Origin: Dickeya dadantii NCPPB 898
Lineage (GTDB): Bacteria > Pseudomonadota > Gammaproteobacteria > Enterobacterales > Enterobacteriaceae
Direction of reading: 5' to 3'
Assembly (NCBI RefSeq): GCF_000406145.1
Contig: NZ_CM001976.1
Span: 2,413,543-2,445,542 of the forward strand
DNA: 32,000 nt
Below are positions 12,920 to 21,767 of the stretch, one piece after another. Every line of letters begins with the position of its first letter. Position 1 is the stretch's first letter. A program made the translations under genes and the position numbers. Under the pieces are notes generated by a model. That model did no database searches. It had not been told where the DNA came from and saw only the letters and a program-made list of their open reading frames with translations.

Positions 12920-14896
12920 TTAGAACGTCGTCCAGTTATCCGATGACGAGCTGGCTGGACGGCCGGCGGGCAACGCGGCGGTACGGGCGCTGTTATCTGT
13001 CATCCGCGCGCTGCTATCCGTCATCCGCGGGCGTACCAGCGCCGGGGCGTGGCCGGATAGCGCCGGTTCATCCTGTGGCGACAGGCGGAAGACCGACACC
13101 AGCCGCGACAGATTCGCCGCCTCATCCTCCAGCGAATTCGACGCCGCGGACGATTCATGCACCATCGAAGCGTTCTGCTGAATAGTGGTGTCCATTTCCG
13201 ATACCGCCGCGCCTATTTGCGCAATGCCACGGCTCTGTTCATCCGACGCCGAAGCGATTTCGCCCATGATGTCGTGGACCCGCTTAACGGATGCCATAAT
13301 GTCATCCATCGCGCTCCCCGCATCCGACACCAGCACCGTCCCGGTATTGACCCGGGTCACCGATTCTGAAATCAGCCCTTCAATCTCTTTGGCCGCCTGA
13401 GAACTGCGCTGCGCCAGATTGCGTACTTCACCGGCCACCACCGCGAAACCGCGCCCCTGCTCCCCTGCGCGCGCCGCTTCCACCGCGGCGTTCAGCGCCA
13501 GGATATTGGTCTGGAACGCAATGCTGTTGATGACGGTGGTAATATCGGAAATCTTTTTCGAACTGCCGGAGATGTCATCCATAGTCTGAATCACCTTGTG
13601 GATGATCTCACCGCCCCGATTGGCGTTACCGGAAGCCTGCTCGGAAATCTGGCTGGCATGGCGGGCATTGTCGGCGTTGTTTTTCACCGTAGCGGTCAAC
13701 TGTTCCATGCTGGCGGCGGTTTCCACAATCGCCGACGACTGCTGCTCGGTACGCGAAGACAAGTCGTTGTTGCCGGCGGCGATATCCGAAGAGGCTTTCG
13801 CCACGCTGTAGACGCTGTGCCGAATGTCGGCGATCAGCTGGCGCAGTTTTTCAGTCATCGACATCATCGCCAGCGTCAATTGCCCCAGTTCATCATGACG
13901 CTCCACCACCACGCTGGCCGACAGATCGCCGCCGGCGATCTTCTCCGCCAGTTTCAGGTTGGCGATCACCGGTCGGGTAATCTGGCGGGTGACCGACCAG
14001 GCAATGAACAGCCCCAACACTGCGGCGGCAATGCCGGAAATAATCGTCTGGAATACCGAGTTATTGATAATATCGTTGTTACGAGCGCCGATTTTTTTGA
14101 GAATCCCGTCGATGTCGTTAATCAGCTTATCCCCGGTCGCTCTGAGCGCGGAATCGGTCGTTCTCAGTTGATTAACCTTATCGTTATATTTCACGCCGCT
14201 CTGGTTATAGCGCTCAATTCGGCTACCGAGTTCGCTGACGCTATTTTTAGCCTCCGCAGGGAGCAATCCATTCAGGCCGTCGAAGGATTTTTTCGCCTGA
14301 TCATAAACGCCCTGCATCGATTTAAACGCCGCTTCGCTGCCTTCTTTTTGCAACAGATGCACTTTATCCACCAACTGTGCGTAGAGCACGCTGGTCTGAT
14401 GATATTGCCGTAACAGATTGATATCGCTAGAACTGACGTAGAACGCATCGCTCAGGGCTTCTTTCTGGTCAAGCGCGGCGATCTCTTTGGTGACATCGTT
14501 CATGCCGTCAACACTGCTTTTGACACGATCGATATTTTTGGCGTATTCCGTAAAGTCCTGCGCCACATTGCTGAAATCGCTCTGATACGTCGCATCCCAG
14601 CGCAGCGCGTTGGCTTTTTCATTTAGCTGACGAGCCTGTTCAAGGTATTTATTCAGGTTGTTGAGGTTGTCATTATTGAGCGTATACGTGAATTTAATCC
14701 GGGCAATTCGGGTAAGATCAATAAAGTTTCCCATTTCATTCATGATCGAACTTTTAATATATAAATCCTGAATCATGAAAAAACGAACCGAGCTGAAGGC
14801 CGACGCCAGAATAACCAGCAGCAGCACCAGGCCAAATCCGCCATACATCTTGTGAGAGATCTTTAGATTTCGCACATAATTCCCAAACACACTCAT
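12920..14896 (-). CDS. Methyl-accepting chemotaxis protein (two TM segments, ~240-aa periplasmic helical sensor, HAMP, C-terminal NWTTF pentapeptide)
   Basis: Highly conserved hairpin region ..[35 protein letters not shown]... TM1 ([15 protein letters not shown]), TM2 ([19 protein letters not shown]), then HAMP. The protein ends ..DNWTTF. I prefer the ATG at 14896 (SD GGAGAA) over the ORF-track start at 14983, giving 658 aa. Confidence 0.9.
   Translation of the reverse strand: MSVFGNYVRNLKISHKMYGGFGLVLLLVILASAFSSVRFFMIQDLYIKSSIMNEMGNFIDLTRIARIKFTYTLNNDNLNNLNKYLEQARQLNEKANALRWDATYQSDFSNVAQDFTEYAKNIDRVKSSVDGMNDVTKEIAALDQKEALSDAFYVSSSDINLLRQYHQTSVLYAQLVDKVHLLQKEGSEAAFKSMQGVYDQAKKSFDGLNGLLPAEAKNSVSELGSRIERYNQSGVKYNDKVNQLRTTDSALRATGDKLINDIDGILKKIGARNNDIINNSVFQTIISGIAAAVLGLFIAWSVTRQITRPVIANLKLAEKIAGGDLSASVVVERHDELGQLTLAMMSMTEKLRQLIADIRHSVYSVAKASSDIAAGNNDLSSRTEQQSSAIVETAASMEQLTATVKNNADNARHASQISEQASGNANRGGEIIHKVIQTMDDISGSSKKISDITTVINSIAFQTNILALNAAVEAARAGEQGRGFAVVAGEVRNLAQRSSQAAKEIEGLISESVTRVNTGTVLVSDAGSAMDDIMASVKRVHDIMGEIASASDEQSRGIAQIGAAVSEMDTTIQQNASMVHESSAASNSLEDEAANLSRLVSVFRLSPQDEPALSGHAPALVRPRMTDSSARMTDNSARTAALPAGRPASSSSDNWTTF
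12989..13030. repeat. 21-bp in-frame tandem duplication in the MCP C-terminal tether
   Basis: GCTGTTATCTGTCATCCGCGC (12989-13009) and GCTGCTATCCGTCATCCGCGG (13010-13030). It encodes ..[14 protein letters not shown]... Confidence 0.85.
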
Positions 14897-14952
14897 CCTT
14901 GCTTCTCCGACTGGGTGGAATGCGCCGTGATAAAGGCGACAGATATTTTTAC

Positions 14953-14979
14953 TTATCGGAAGATAATGATGTTTTTTTA
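14953..14979 (-). promoter_or_regulatory. Sigma-28 (FliA)-type promoter upstream of the MCP gene
   Basis: The minus strand reads TAAA-N15-TCCGATAA (TAAA = complement of 14976-14979; TCCGATAA = complement of 14953-14960). The enterobacterial FliA consensus is TAAAGTTT-N11-GCCGATAA. It lies about 57 nt upstream of the ATG at 14896. Confidence 0.6.
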
Positions 14980-15078
14980 GCAAAATCTAGTGACGAGAAT
15001 CACACTTAACGCAAAATAATGCTTTATTGCAATCAGAAGTGATTGGCTCTCATCATCAAACCGCGTTAATCAACACCC

Positions 15079-15105
15079 AAAAAGCCCCTGCCGGAAGGCA
15101 AGGGC
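15079..15105 (-). terminator. Rho-independent terminator of the 189-aa secreted-protein gene
   Basis: The minus strand reads GCCCTTGCC-TTCC-GGCAGGGGC (one G·U wobble pair in RNA; a mismatch at the DNA level) followed by T5. Confidence 0.7.
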
Positions 15106-15130
15106 TAAGCAGTCGGGCAAGGAAATAGGA

Positions 15131-15700
15131 TTATTTGACCGCCGCCAGACTTTTGCCAATCGCCAGAACTGTACTGGCCTGACGCTGCTGGGCCGGCTCA
15201 AACATTTTGTTGTCCACCAGCGTTACCGGCTGGATTTCGATGATGCGACCTTTCACCACGGCAGAGCACAGCGAATGCACCACCTGGTCATTCAGAATGG
15301 TCAGCAGGCAACGGAACTTCGGCGTGCCGTCAGCGACCAGATCCTTTTTTTCCGGCCGGATACGCTGGCGCAGCATCTCTTTCTCGGAACTGGCGACCAC
15401 GACATCCAGTTCGCTATCGCCAGCCGCCGTCTGCCCGTTGGTCAATGGCGGCATATAAACGGTTACCAGCGCCTTACGCTTGGTTGCGGTATCCACATAC
15501 TCCGCCTGCACCGAATGCTCTTTCGCATCCACCTCCACCTTCTGCCGTTTCAAACCATCGACAACGGCCGGCAGTGCGTCGCCCAGCTGTTGAGAGGTAT
15601 AACCGGCGATCAGGTCCGGATTGCCGTTGTCGGCAAAACCATAGAGCGGCATAGCCAGCAACAGACCGCACAGCCCTTTCGTTATAACGCCCTTACTCAT
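15131..15700 (-). CDS. Hypothetical secreted protein (signal peptide, no recognised domain)
   Basis: ATG at 15700 with SD GGAGAG. MSKGVITKGLCGLLLAMPLYGFA|DNG.. looks like a Sec signal peptide with no lipobox. 189 aa, with two Cys in the mature part. It has its own terminator. I recognise no family. Confidence 0.6.
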   Translation of the reverse strand: MSKGVITKGLCGLLLAMPLYGFADNGNPDLIAGYTSQQLGDALPAVVDGLKRQKVEVDAKEHSVQAEYVDTATKRKALVTVYMPPLTNGQTAAGDSELDVVVASSEKEMLRQRIRPEKKDLVADGTPKFRCLLTILNDQVVHSLCSAVVKGRIIEIQPVTLVDNKMFEPAQQRQASTVLAIGKSLAAVK

Positions 15701-16156
15701 GTTCTTCTCTCCTTTAATAAATGCGTCTGATTTTTTGATACAAACCATCCCCTGATAACACTATATATCGAATTGTTTTTTTATCAGTGTGATAGCGTCA
15801 ATTTTTACCGCAATTCGGTTGCTCTGACGCAGTATCCGCAATTCAGCGCGACCATCGGTAGCCCGCCGCGCGGCATTTTCCCGGCGCTCATCCGTTCACC
15901 CTGTTCCGCTCTACATGCACATCAGCAACGAAGCCGAACCCAGAGCAGGTTATACACGCCTTTTGCCGCATCACTCGGTGATCAACAGCGAATCAATAAG
16001 TGACAACGTCACTTAAAAGACTGGCGCACTGTACCACGGCAACTATAGTTTTGTTGGGTGACCCGATACGACTCAGTCCTCTGCATGGCCGCCGGTTGCG
16101 CGGTGCAGTGAACCAACACGTTGAAAACCCATGACAATGGAAAAGAAGGGAACATC

Positions 16157-16681
16157 ATGAAACTGAAAGCATTGATTCTGTCCAGCCTGTTCGTTAGCGC
16201 GATAGCCGGCGCGGCAAGCACCACGGTAACGCTAAAAGAGGCGCTGCCGACCGGAGACGGCAATACGCTTGGTGATATTACCATCACCGAAACAGAATAC
16301 GGCCTGCTGTTCAGCCCCAGCCTGAAAGGATTGCCGCCGGGCATTCACGGCTTCCACGTGCATGCCAACGCCAGCTGCGCGCCGGGCGAGCAGAACGGCA
16401 ACAAGGTGCCGGCACTGGCGGCCGGCGGCCATCTGGACCCACAAAAAACCGGCAAACATCTTGGCCCTTACAACGACAAAGGCCACCTTGGCGACCTGCC
16501 GGGGCTGGTGGTCAATGCCGACGGCACCGCCAGTTACGAGGTGCTGGCACCACGGCTGAAATCGCTATCGGAGGTGAAAAACCACGCGCTGATGATCCAT
16601 ACCGGCGGCGATAACTACTCGGATATGCCAAAAGAGCTGGGCGGCGGCGGCATGCGTATCGCCTGCGGCGTTATTCAATAA
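16157..16681 (+). CDS. sodC: Periplasmic Cu,Zn superoxide dismutase
   Basis: Signal peptide MKLKALILSSLFVSAIAGAAS. Metal-ligand motifs GFHVHANASC, AAGGHLDP, GHLGDLP, HTGGDNYSD..GGGGMRIACGVI. ATG at 16157 (SD GAAGGG) gives 174 aa, matching the length of E. coli SodC. Confidence 0.92.
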   Translation: MKLKALILSSLFVSAIAGAASTTVTLKEALPTGDGNTLGDITITETEYGLLFSPSLKGLPPGIHGFHVHANASCAPGEQNGNKVPALAAGGHLDPQKTGKHLGPYNDKGHLGDLPGLVVNADGTASYEVLAPRLKSLSEVKNHALMIHTGGDNYSDMPKELGGGGMRIACGVIQ

Positions 16682-16907
16682 CATGTTGTCAACCGACGCG
16701 GCCCAACCGGCGGCGTCGGCCATCTCTGCACGTTTTTCAGTCCCCCTTTGTTTGCGCGGCATTCCTGATAAAACACCGAAAACATTAGATTTTATTAATT
16801 ATAATCTGTCGTTATTAATCATTTCTATCACCACTTATTACCTTATTGATGCCAAGGTTATTACCGATGTGATCCTGTACACGGAAATGAATTTCTTGCT
16901 TATACCG

Positions 16908-16939
16908 TTGATAGCAGGTGATCGAGATCACCCTATACC
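16908..16939 (+). promoter_or_regulatory. Candidate promoter of the FIST-MCP gene with a perfect 16-bp palindrome in a 19-20 bp spacer
   Basis: TTGATA (16908-16913), GGTGATCGAGATCACC (16917-16932, perfect dyad containing two GATC sites), TATACC (16934-16939). It lies 70-100 nt upstream of the ATG at 17009, in an AT-rich region. Confidence 0.4.
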
Positions 16940-17008
16940 CTGAAAGCATCTCGTAGGATGAACTGTGCTTCCCATTAAATTAATTTAAATATAGGGAGTG
17001 GGAATATC

Positions 17009-18952
17009 ATGTCATCTTTCCTGAGCCATATCGCAATCCCGGGTTTAAAAAGGAACCGCCCTGCACGTGGGGCCTATCGCTGCGATGCTTTACCCTCCTC
17101 GCTGTCAGCCCTCGGGTTACCATCAAAACCGGGGTTGCTGCTGGTATTTGTGCCACCTGAAGCCAATTTTTCAGAGGTCAACCGCGCCTGGCAACGTTTC
17201 TCTGCCCCCCATCGCACCGTTATCACCCTTTCCTCCACCGGCGCATTATGCAGCCAGCGCAATAATTCCACTTACTGCGACATGAACGGTCCGTATGGCA
17301 GCTGGCTGTGGATGCCCCAATCACTGATCGCTAAACATGAAGTGCATCTGGTGGATCTGCACATGCATGACAAACCCAGCGCCCGCGCCAGGATCGATGC
17401 CATCAGGCAAGAACTGGAACGCCTGGATGTCAGTTTGCCGCTCTCTTCGGATAACACGTTTGCGCTGATTTATTGCGATGGCCTGGCTGCGTCGGAAGGG
17501 TTTCTGATGCAAGCCTGGTATGCCTGCCGCCGTTTCCCCTGTCTGACCATTGGCGGCGCGGCAGGCGGGCGGCTCGATTTCAGCGGAACCTACATCGGTG
17601 CGGACAATACGGTGCTGCAAGGAAAAGCCGTGATTGTGTTCTGCCAGATGGCGCCCGGTAAGTCTTTTGCGCCGTTCAAGAGCCAGAACTTTGATCCGAC
17701 AAAACAAAGCTGGCTGGTGGCGGAAGCCGACCCCGTCGCCCGCACGGTTAAGTCCGTCTTTGACGCCAACGGCCATGAGCAACCCATCATTGAGGCGATC
17801 GCCTCATGTTTGCGCTGCCCGCCGAACCAAATCAGCCAGCATCTGACAGGAAAAACCTTTGCGGTTAAAGTCAACGATGAATACTTCGTCCGATCCATCG
17901 CATCGATTAAAGAAGACCGCATTGCCTTTTTCTGCGATCTGGAGTTTGGCGACCGTCTGTATCTTATGCAGTCAACGGATTTTATCGCCACAACCGAGCG
18001 GGACTGGCAACAGTTCATATCGCAATATGGCAAACCGGATCTTGTTCTACTCAATGACTGTGTACTACGCCGTGCGGGCAACCCCAATTTGGAACAGGCC
18101 CAATTCTTTGATCAGGTCCCCGCGGCGGGTTTTTCCAGTTTTGGTGAAATTCTGGGTGTGCCGATCAACCAGACGCTATCTGCGCTGGCATTTTTCAGTC
18201 GTGATGTTAAGGCGATGACGCACTTCCCGGTCGAATACGCCGCGTATGCTGGCCACTACGCTCAGCGTTCCCTGCGGCGTTGGGAAGCCTTGCATGACAT
18301 TCAGTCCGCGGTGGTCAAACAAGTGGTCGATTACGAGCAGGCGCTGGCGCCATTGCTAACGGCCATGCCGCAGCTTGAGCAGGCAACGTTACGACAAAGC
18401 GATACGCTGGATGTGGCCCAGACCAGTATTCGCGCGATTAGCGAATCCGCCGCAAAGACGCAGGAAGCGCAGATCCGGCTTGAAACCGGCCTCAACGATC
18501 TGGAGCGTATTTCAAAAGGCATCAGTCATATCACCAGCGGCATTAACGCCATTGCGGATAAAACCAATCTGCTGGCGCTGAATGCGGCGGTGGAGGCCGC
18601 GCGCGCCGGCGAGGCGGGCCGGGGATTCGCCGTGGTCGCCGACGAGGTACGCAAACTGGCCAGCTCATCCAAAGAGCAGGTGGATGCCACCACTCACAGC
18701 ATCAACGAAGCCGTTGAAACCATCGCGCATATTCGCACCATTGCACAGCAGACGGTAACGACGACAACGCAGATGGCGGATAAAAGCATCTCGGCGGCGA
18801 ATCAAATCGCCGATATGAGCGCGGAAACCGAGAAAGACCGGTCCAATATGACCGCTAACCTGGGTAATTTGAAGGATCTTGCCAAAGGTATGGATGCTAT
18901 GCAGGATGCCGTCAACCAGTTGACCACCCTGCAAAAACTCGCCTCCTCCTAA
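17009..18952 (+). CDS. Soluble methyl-accepting chemotaxis protein with N-terminal FIST_N/FIST_C sensor module
   Basis: No hydrophobic TM segment. aa ~40-400 resemble FIST domains (..[37 protein letters not shown].. and ..[23 protein letters not shown]..). The C-terminal ~215 aa form an MCP signalling domain with the tip ..[33 protein letters not shown]... There is no HAMP and no C-terminal pentapeptide. SD GGGAG. Confidence 0.8.
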   Translation: MSSFLSHIAIPGLKRNRPARGAYRCDALPSSLSALGLPSKPGLLLVFVPPEANFSEVNRAWQRFSAPHRTVITLSSTGALCSQRNNSTYCDMNGPYGSWLWMPQSLIAKHEVHLVDLHMHDKPSARARIDAIRQELERLDVSLPLSSDNTFALIYCDGLAASEGFLMQAWYACRRFPCLTIGGAAGGRLDFSGTYIGADNTVLQGKAVIVFCQMAPGKSFAPFKSQNFDPTKQSWLVAEADPVARTVKSVFDANGHEQPIIEAIASCLRCPPNQISQHLTGKTFAVKVNDEYFVRSIASIKEDRIAFFCDLEFGDRLYLMQSTDFIATTERDWQQFISQYGKPDLVLLNDCVLRRAGNPNLEQAQFFDQVPAAGFSSFGEILGVPINQTLSALAFFSRDVKAMTHFPVEYAAYAGHYAQRSLRRWEALHDIQSAVVKQVVDYEQALAPLLTAMPQLEQATLRQSDTLDVAQTSIRAISESAAKTQEAQIRLETGLNDLERISKGISHITSGINAIADKTNLLALNAAVEAARAGEAGRGFAVVADEVRKLASSSKEQVDATTHSINEAVETIAHIRTIAQQTVTTTTQMADKSISAANQIADMSAETEKDRSNMTANLGNLKDLAKGMDAMQDAVNQLTTLQKLASS

Positions 18953-19125
18953 ATCGGCCCTCAACCGGCGGCGGCCGTTCTTCCCACCCGCCGCCTCCGG
19001 CGCTTCCCTGAAAAATCATGCAGTTTTTATGTGACAGACAGCGCTATTAAAGCGACAATGCTGACCACGCTTAAATCAGGTCACCACGTCATCGTAATTG
19101 GCCGACGTTTCACAACACGATATCC

Positions 19126-19665
19126 ATGCAGACATTTTTATTTGACACGCTACCAACGCCCATCGGGGAATTATTATTGATTGCCGATGAAAATTATCAC
19201 CTTAGGGCGGTGGAATGGCGTGAATATGAAGAAAAATTATCTCAATCTCTGAATAAGCGTTATCGCCACGATCCATTCGTGTTAAAAGCCTGTAATAATC
19301 CTGGTGGATTAACCGATGCTCTGCGCGCCTATTTCGCCGGCGACCTGCATATCATTGAAACGCTGCCGGTAGCCGCCGCCGGCACCGACTTTCAGCACCA
19401 GGTATGGCAGGCGCTTCGCACTATATCCTGTGGCAGTACAACCACTTATGGCGATTTGGCCGCCAGACTCGGCCAACCGGGCGCCGCGCGCGCCGTTGGT
19501 CTGGCCAATGGCGCCAACCCGATCAGCATCGTGGTCCCCTGCCATCGTGTTATCGGTGCGCAAGGCGCGCTCACCGGTTATGCCGGCGGCATTCATCGCA
19601 AACAATGGTTATTAACCCACGAAGGGTATTTGCCACAGCGGAATTTATTCAATACCGACCATTAA
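19126..19665 (+). CDS. ogt: Methylated-DNA--protein-cysteine methyltransferase
   Basis: Active-site motif IVVPCHRVIG. ..TTYGDLAARLG..ARAVGLANGANP... 179 aa. The position immediately upstream of fnr matches E. coli. Confidence 0.9.
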   Translation: MQTFLFDTLPTPIGELLLIADENYHLRAVEWREYEEKLSQSLNKRYRHDPFVLKACNNPGGLTDALRAYFAGDLHIIETLPVAAAGTDFQHQVWQALRTISCGSTTTYGDLAARLGQPGAARAVGLANGANPISIVVPCHRVIGAQGALTGYAGGIHRKQWLLTHEGYLPQRNLFNTDH

Positions 19666-19794
19666 CTTACCGTGGATGATGTAGCCGCAGGGTAAAAAAT
19701 CCGAATGTGATGGTAAAAATATTAATAAGCTCACTATTTATTGGTCAGTTCCAGAGATAGCAGATCTTATCAGACTCAATAAAAGCTGTTAAAA

Positions 19795-19808
19795 TTGACC
19801 GATATCAA
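19795..19808 (+). promoter_or_regulatory. FNR box in the fnr promoter (autoregulation site)
   Basis: TTGAC-CGAT-ATCAA against the consensus TTGAT-N4-ATCAA. The surrounding sequence (..TTAAAATTGAC....ATCAATTA..) resembles the E. coli fnr promoter as remembered. 21 nt upstream of the ATG. Confidence 0.75.
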
Positions 19809-19828
19809 TTATCGCCTGAGTAAAGTCT

Positions 19829-20581
19829 ATGATTCCTGAAAAGCGAATAATCCGACGCATTCAGTCTGGCGGTTGCGCAATCCATTGTCAGGACTGCAGC
19901 ATCAGCCAGCTGTGTATTCCTTTCACGCTGAACGAGCATGAACTTGACCAGCTCGACAACATCATCGAAAGGAAGAAACCCATCCAGAAAGGGCAAGCGT
20001 TGTTCAAGGCCGGTGATGAACTGAAATCACTGTACGCCATCCGCTCAGGCACCATCAAAAGCTACACCATCACCGAACAGGGTGACGAGCAGATCACCGG
20101 TTTCCATCTGGCGGGCGATCTGGTCGGGTTCGACGCCATCGGCAACGCCCAGCACCCCAGCTTTGCTCAGGCGCTGGAAACCTCCATGGTGTGCGAGATT
20201 CCGTTTGAAACGCTGGATGACCTGTCCGGCAAAATGCCTAATCTGCGTCAGCAGATGATGCGGTTGATGAGCGGCGAAATCCGTGGCGATCAGGACATGA
20301 TCCTGTTGTTGTCAAAGAAAAACGCCGAAGAGCGACTGGCGGCGTTCATCTACAACCTGTCCCGCCGTTTCGCCCAGCGCGGCTTCTCACCTCGCGAATT
20401 CCGCCTGACCATGACCCGCGGCGACATCGGCAACTACCTTGGCCTGACGGTGGAAACCATCAGTCGCCTGCTCGGCCGTTTCCAGAAAAGCGGCATGCTG
20501 GCGGTGAAAGGCAAATACATCACCATCGAAAATATCGAAACGCTGGCCGAACTGGCCGGCAACTCACGTAGCAAAGCGTAG
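19829..20581 (+). CDS. fnr: Fumarate/nitrate reduction transcriptional regulator FNR
   Basis: [32 protein letters not shown].. carries the N-terminal Cys cluster. The C-terminal HTH ..[19 protein letters not shown].. is present. 250 aa, nearly colinear with E. coli FNR. Confidence 0.97.
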   Translation: MIPEKRIIRRIQSGGCAIHCQDCSISQLCIPFTLNEHELDQLDNIIERKKPIQKGQALFKAGDELKSLYAIRSGTIKSYTITEQGDEQITGFHLAGDLVGFDAIGNAQHPSFAQALETSMVCEIPFETLDDLSGKMPNLRQQMMRLMSGEIRGDQDMILLLSKKNAEERLAAFIYNLSRRFAQRGFSPREFRLTMTRGDIGNYLGLTVETISRLLGRFQKSGMLAVKGKYITIENIETLAELAGNSRSKA

Positions 20582-20595
20582 CACCCCCATCCCCT

Positions 20596-20638
20596 GACCG
20601 GATCAATGATTGCTCTGAATTGTCGATCCGGTCTTCAT
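20596..20638 (+). terminator. Stem-loop downstream of fnr (possible terminator; weak U tract)
   Basis: GACCGGATC (20596-20604) pairs with GATCCGGTC (20625-20633). Only TT follows the stem. Confidence 0.35.
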
Positions 20639-20714
20639 CACCAGTTGTTCAAAGCGATTTCCTTGCGTTACTCTTAACGGGCAGGCTGCAGCGTGACAGC
20701 CAACAGGAGGAGCT

Positions 20715-21680
20715 ATGGCGAAGTATCAGAACTTACTGGTAGCTATTGACCCCAATCAGGATGACCAGCCCGCGTTACGACGGGCCGTTTATCTGGTCCA
20801 GCGGCTTGGTGGCCGTATCAAGGCATTTTTGCCTATTTACGACTTTTCCTACGAAATGACCACCCTGCTCTCTCCGGATGAAAGAACCGAGATGAGACAA
20901 GGGGTTATCGCCCAACGAACCGAATGGATTGCGGAACAGTGTAAATACTATCTTGATGCGGGAATCGCTATTGATATCAAGGTAGTCTGGCATAACAAAC
21001 CTTATGAAGCCATTATTCAGGAGGTCATTGCCGGCAAACACGACTTATTGCTCAAAATGGCTCATCAGCACGACCGGCTGGAAGCGGTGATTTTCACTCC
21101 GACCGACTGGCAGTTGTTGCGTAAATGCCCTTGCCCGGTGTGGATGGTGAAAGATCAGCCGTGGCCGGAAGATAGCCGTGCGCTGGTGGCGGTCAATCTG
21201 GCCAGCGAAGACCCGTATCACGATCCGCTCAATATCAAGCTGGTGTCGGAAGCGCTGGATCTGGCCCGGCAGGTCAATCAGACCGAGGTCCATCTGGTGG
21301 GCGCCTATCCGGTCACGCCCATCAATATCGCCATCGAATTGCCGGATTTCGACCCCGGCGTTTACAACGGCGCCATTCGTGGTCAGCACCTGCTGGCGAT
21401 GAAATCACTGCGACAGAAATTCAACCTGGACGAGCGGGTTACCCATGTGGAAAAAGGGCTGCCGGAAGAAGTGATTCCCGACCTGGCAGAACATTTGCAA
21501 GCGGGCGTGGTGGTGCTGGGATCGCTGGGGCGGACCGGTTTGTCCGCTGCGTTTATCGGCAACACGGTGGAGCATGTGATTGATCACCTGAAGTGCGATC
21601 TGCTGGCTATCAAGCCGGACGATTTCGTCTCTCCGGTGACCTTGCAAGGGGAAGCCGACCACCCGGACGAAAACGCCTGA
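20715..21680 (+). CDS. uspE: Universal stress protein E (tandem Usp domains)
   Basis: [68 protein letters not shown].. is nearly colinear with E. coli UspE. SD AGGAGGAG. Confidence 0.95.
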   Translation: MAKYQNLLVAIDPNQDDQPALRRAVYLVQRLGGRIKAFLPIYDFSYEMTTLLSPDERTEMRQGVIAQRTEWIAEQCKYYLDAGIAIDIKVVWHNKPYEAIIQEVIAGKHDLLLKMAHQHDRLEAVIFTPTDWQLLRKCPCPVWMVKDQPWPEDSRALVAVNLASEDPYHDPLNIKLVSEALDLARQVNQTEVHLVGAYPVTPINIAIELPDFDPGVYNGAIRGQHLLAMKSLRQKFNLDERVTHVEKGLPEEVIPDLAEHLQAGVVVLGSLGRTGLSAAFIGNTVEHVIDHLKCDLLAIKPDDFVSPVTLQGEADHPDENA

Positions 21681-21712
21681 CGGCTGCCGTTCGTCGCACA
21701 CACCATTAAATG

Positions 21713-21740
21713 ACAACGGGGGCCAGATGGCCCCCGTTGT
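21713..21740. terminator. Bidirectional terminator between uspE and pntB
   Basis: ACAACGGGGGCC (21713-21724), loop AGAT, GGCCCCCGTTGT (21729-21740): a perfect 12-bp stem. Confidence 0.8.
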
Positions 21741-21767
21741 GTTGCTGCAACCAACCGCCTGGCGGGA

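Noticed and set aside
15975-16000. GTGATCAACAGCGAATCAAT upstream of sodC, considered as an FNR box
   Set aside because: It contains two direct ATCAA copies rather than the inverted TTGAT-N4-ATCAA arrangement. The only good FNR box I found in the window is the fnr autoregulatory site.
15773-16003. 76-aa ORF upstream of sodC
   Set aside because: It has no SD, the protein (Ser/Pro/Arg/Gln-rich) is implausible, and no motif is recognisable. The region is kept only as a possible pseudogene or sRNA region in the findings.
16693-16737. Stem CCGACGC..GCGTCGG after sodC, considered as a terminator
   Set aside because: It has a 13-nt loop and the T5 run lies 12 nt downstream of the stem, which is too weak to annotate.
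16868-16884. TGTGATCCTGTACACGG upstream of the FIST-MCP gene, considered as a CRP site
   Set aside because: The right half-site does not match TCACA at the required 6-bp spacing.
16683-16943. 86-aa ORF starting 2 nt after the sodC stop
   Set aside because: It has no SD and runs through the AT-rich promoter region of the FIST-MCP gene. Its hydrophobic stretches are what AT-rich DNA yields by chance.
18965-19000. GC-rich stem-loop (GGCGGCGG..CCGCCGCC) after the FIST-MCP gene, considered as an intrinsic terminator
   Set aside because: No U tract follows the stem, so it cannot be called a rho-independent terminator from sequence alone.
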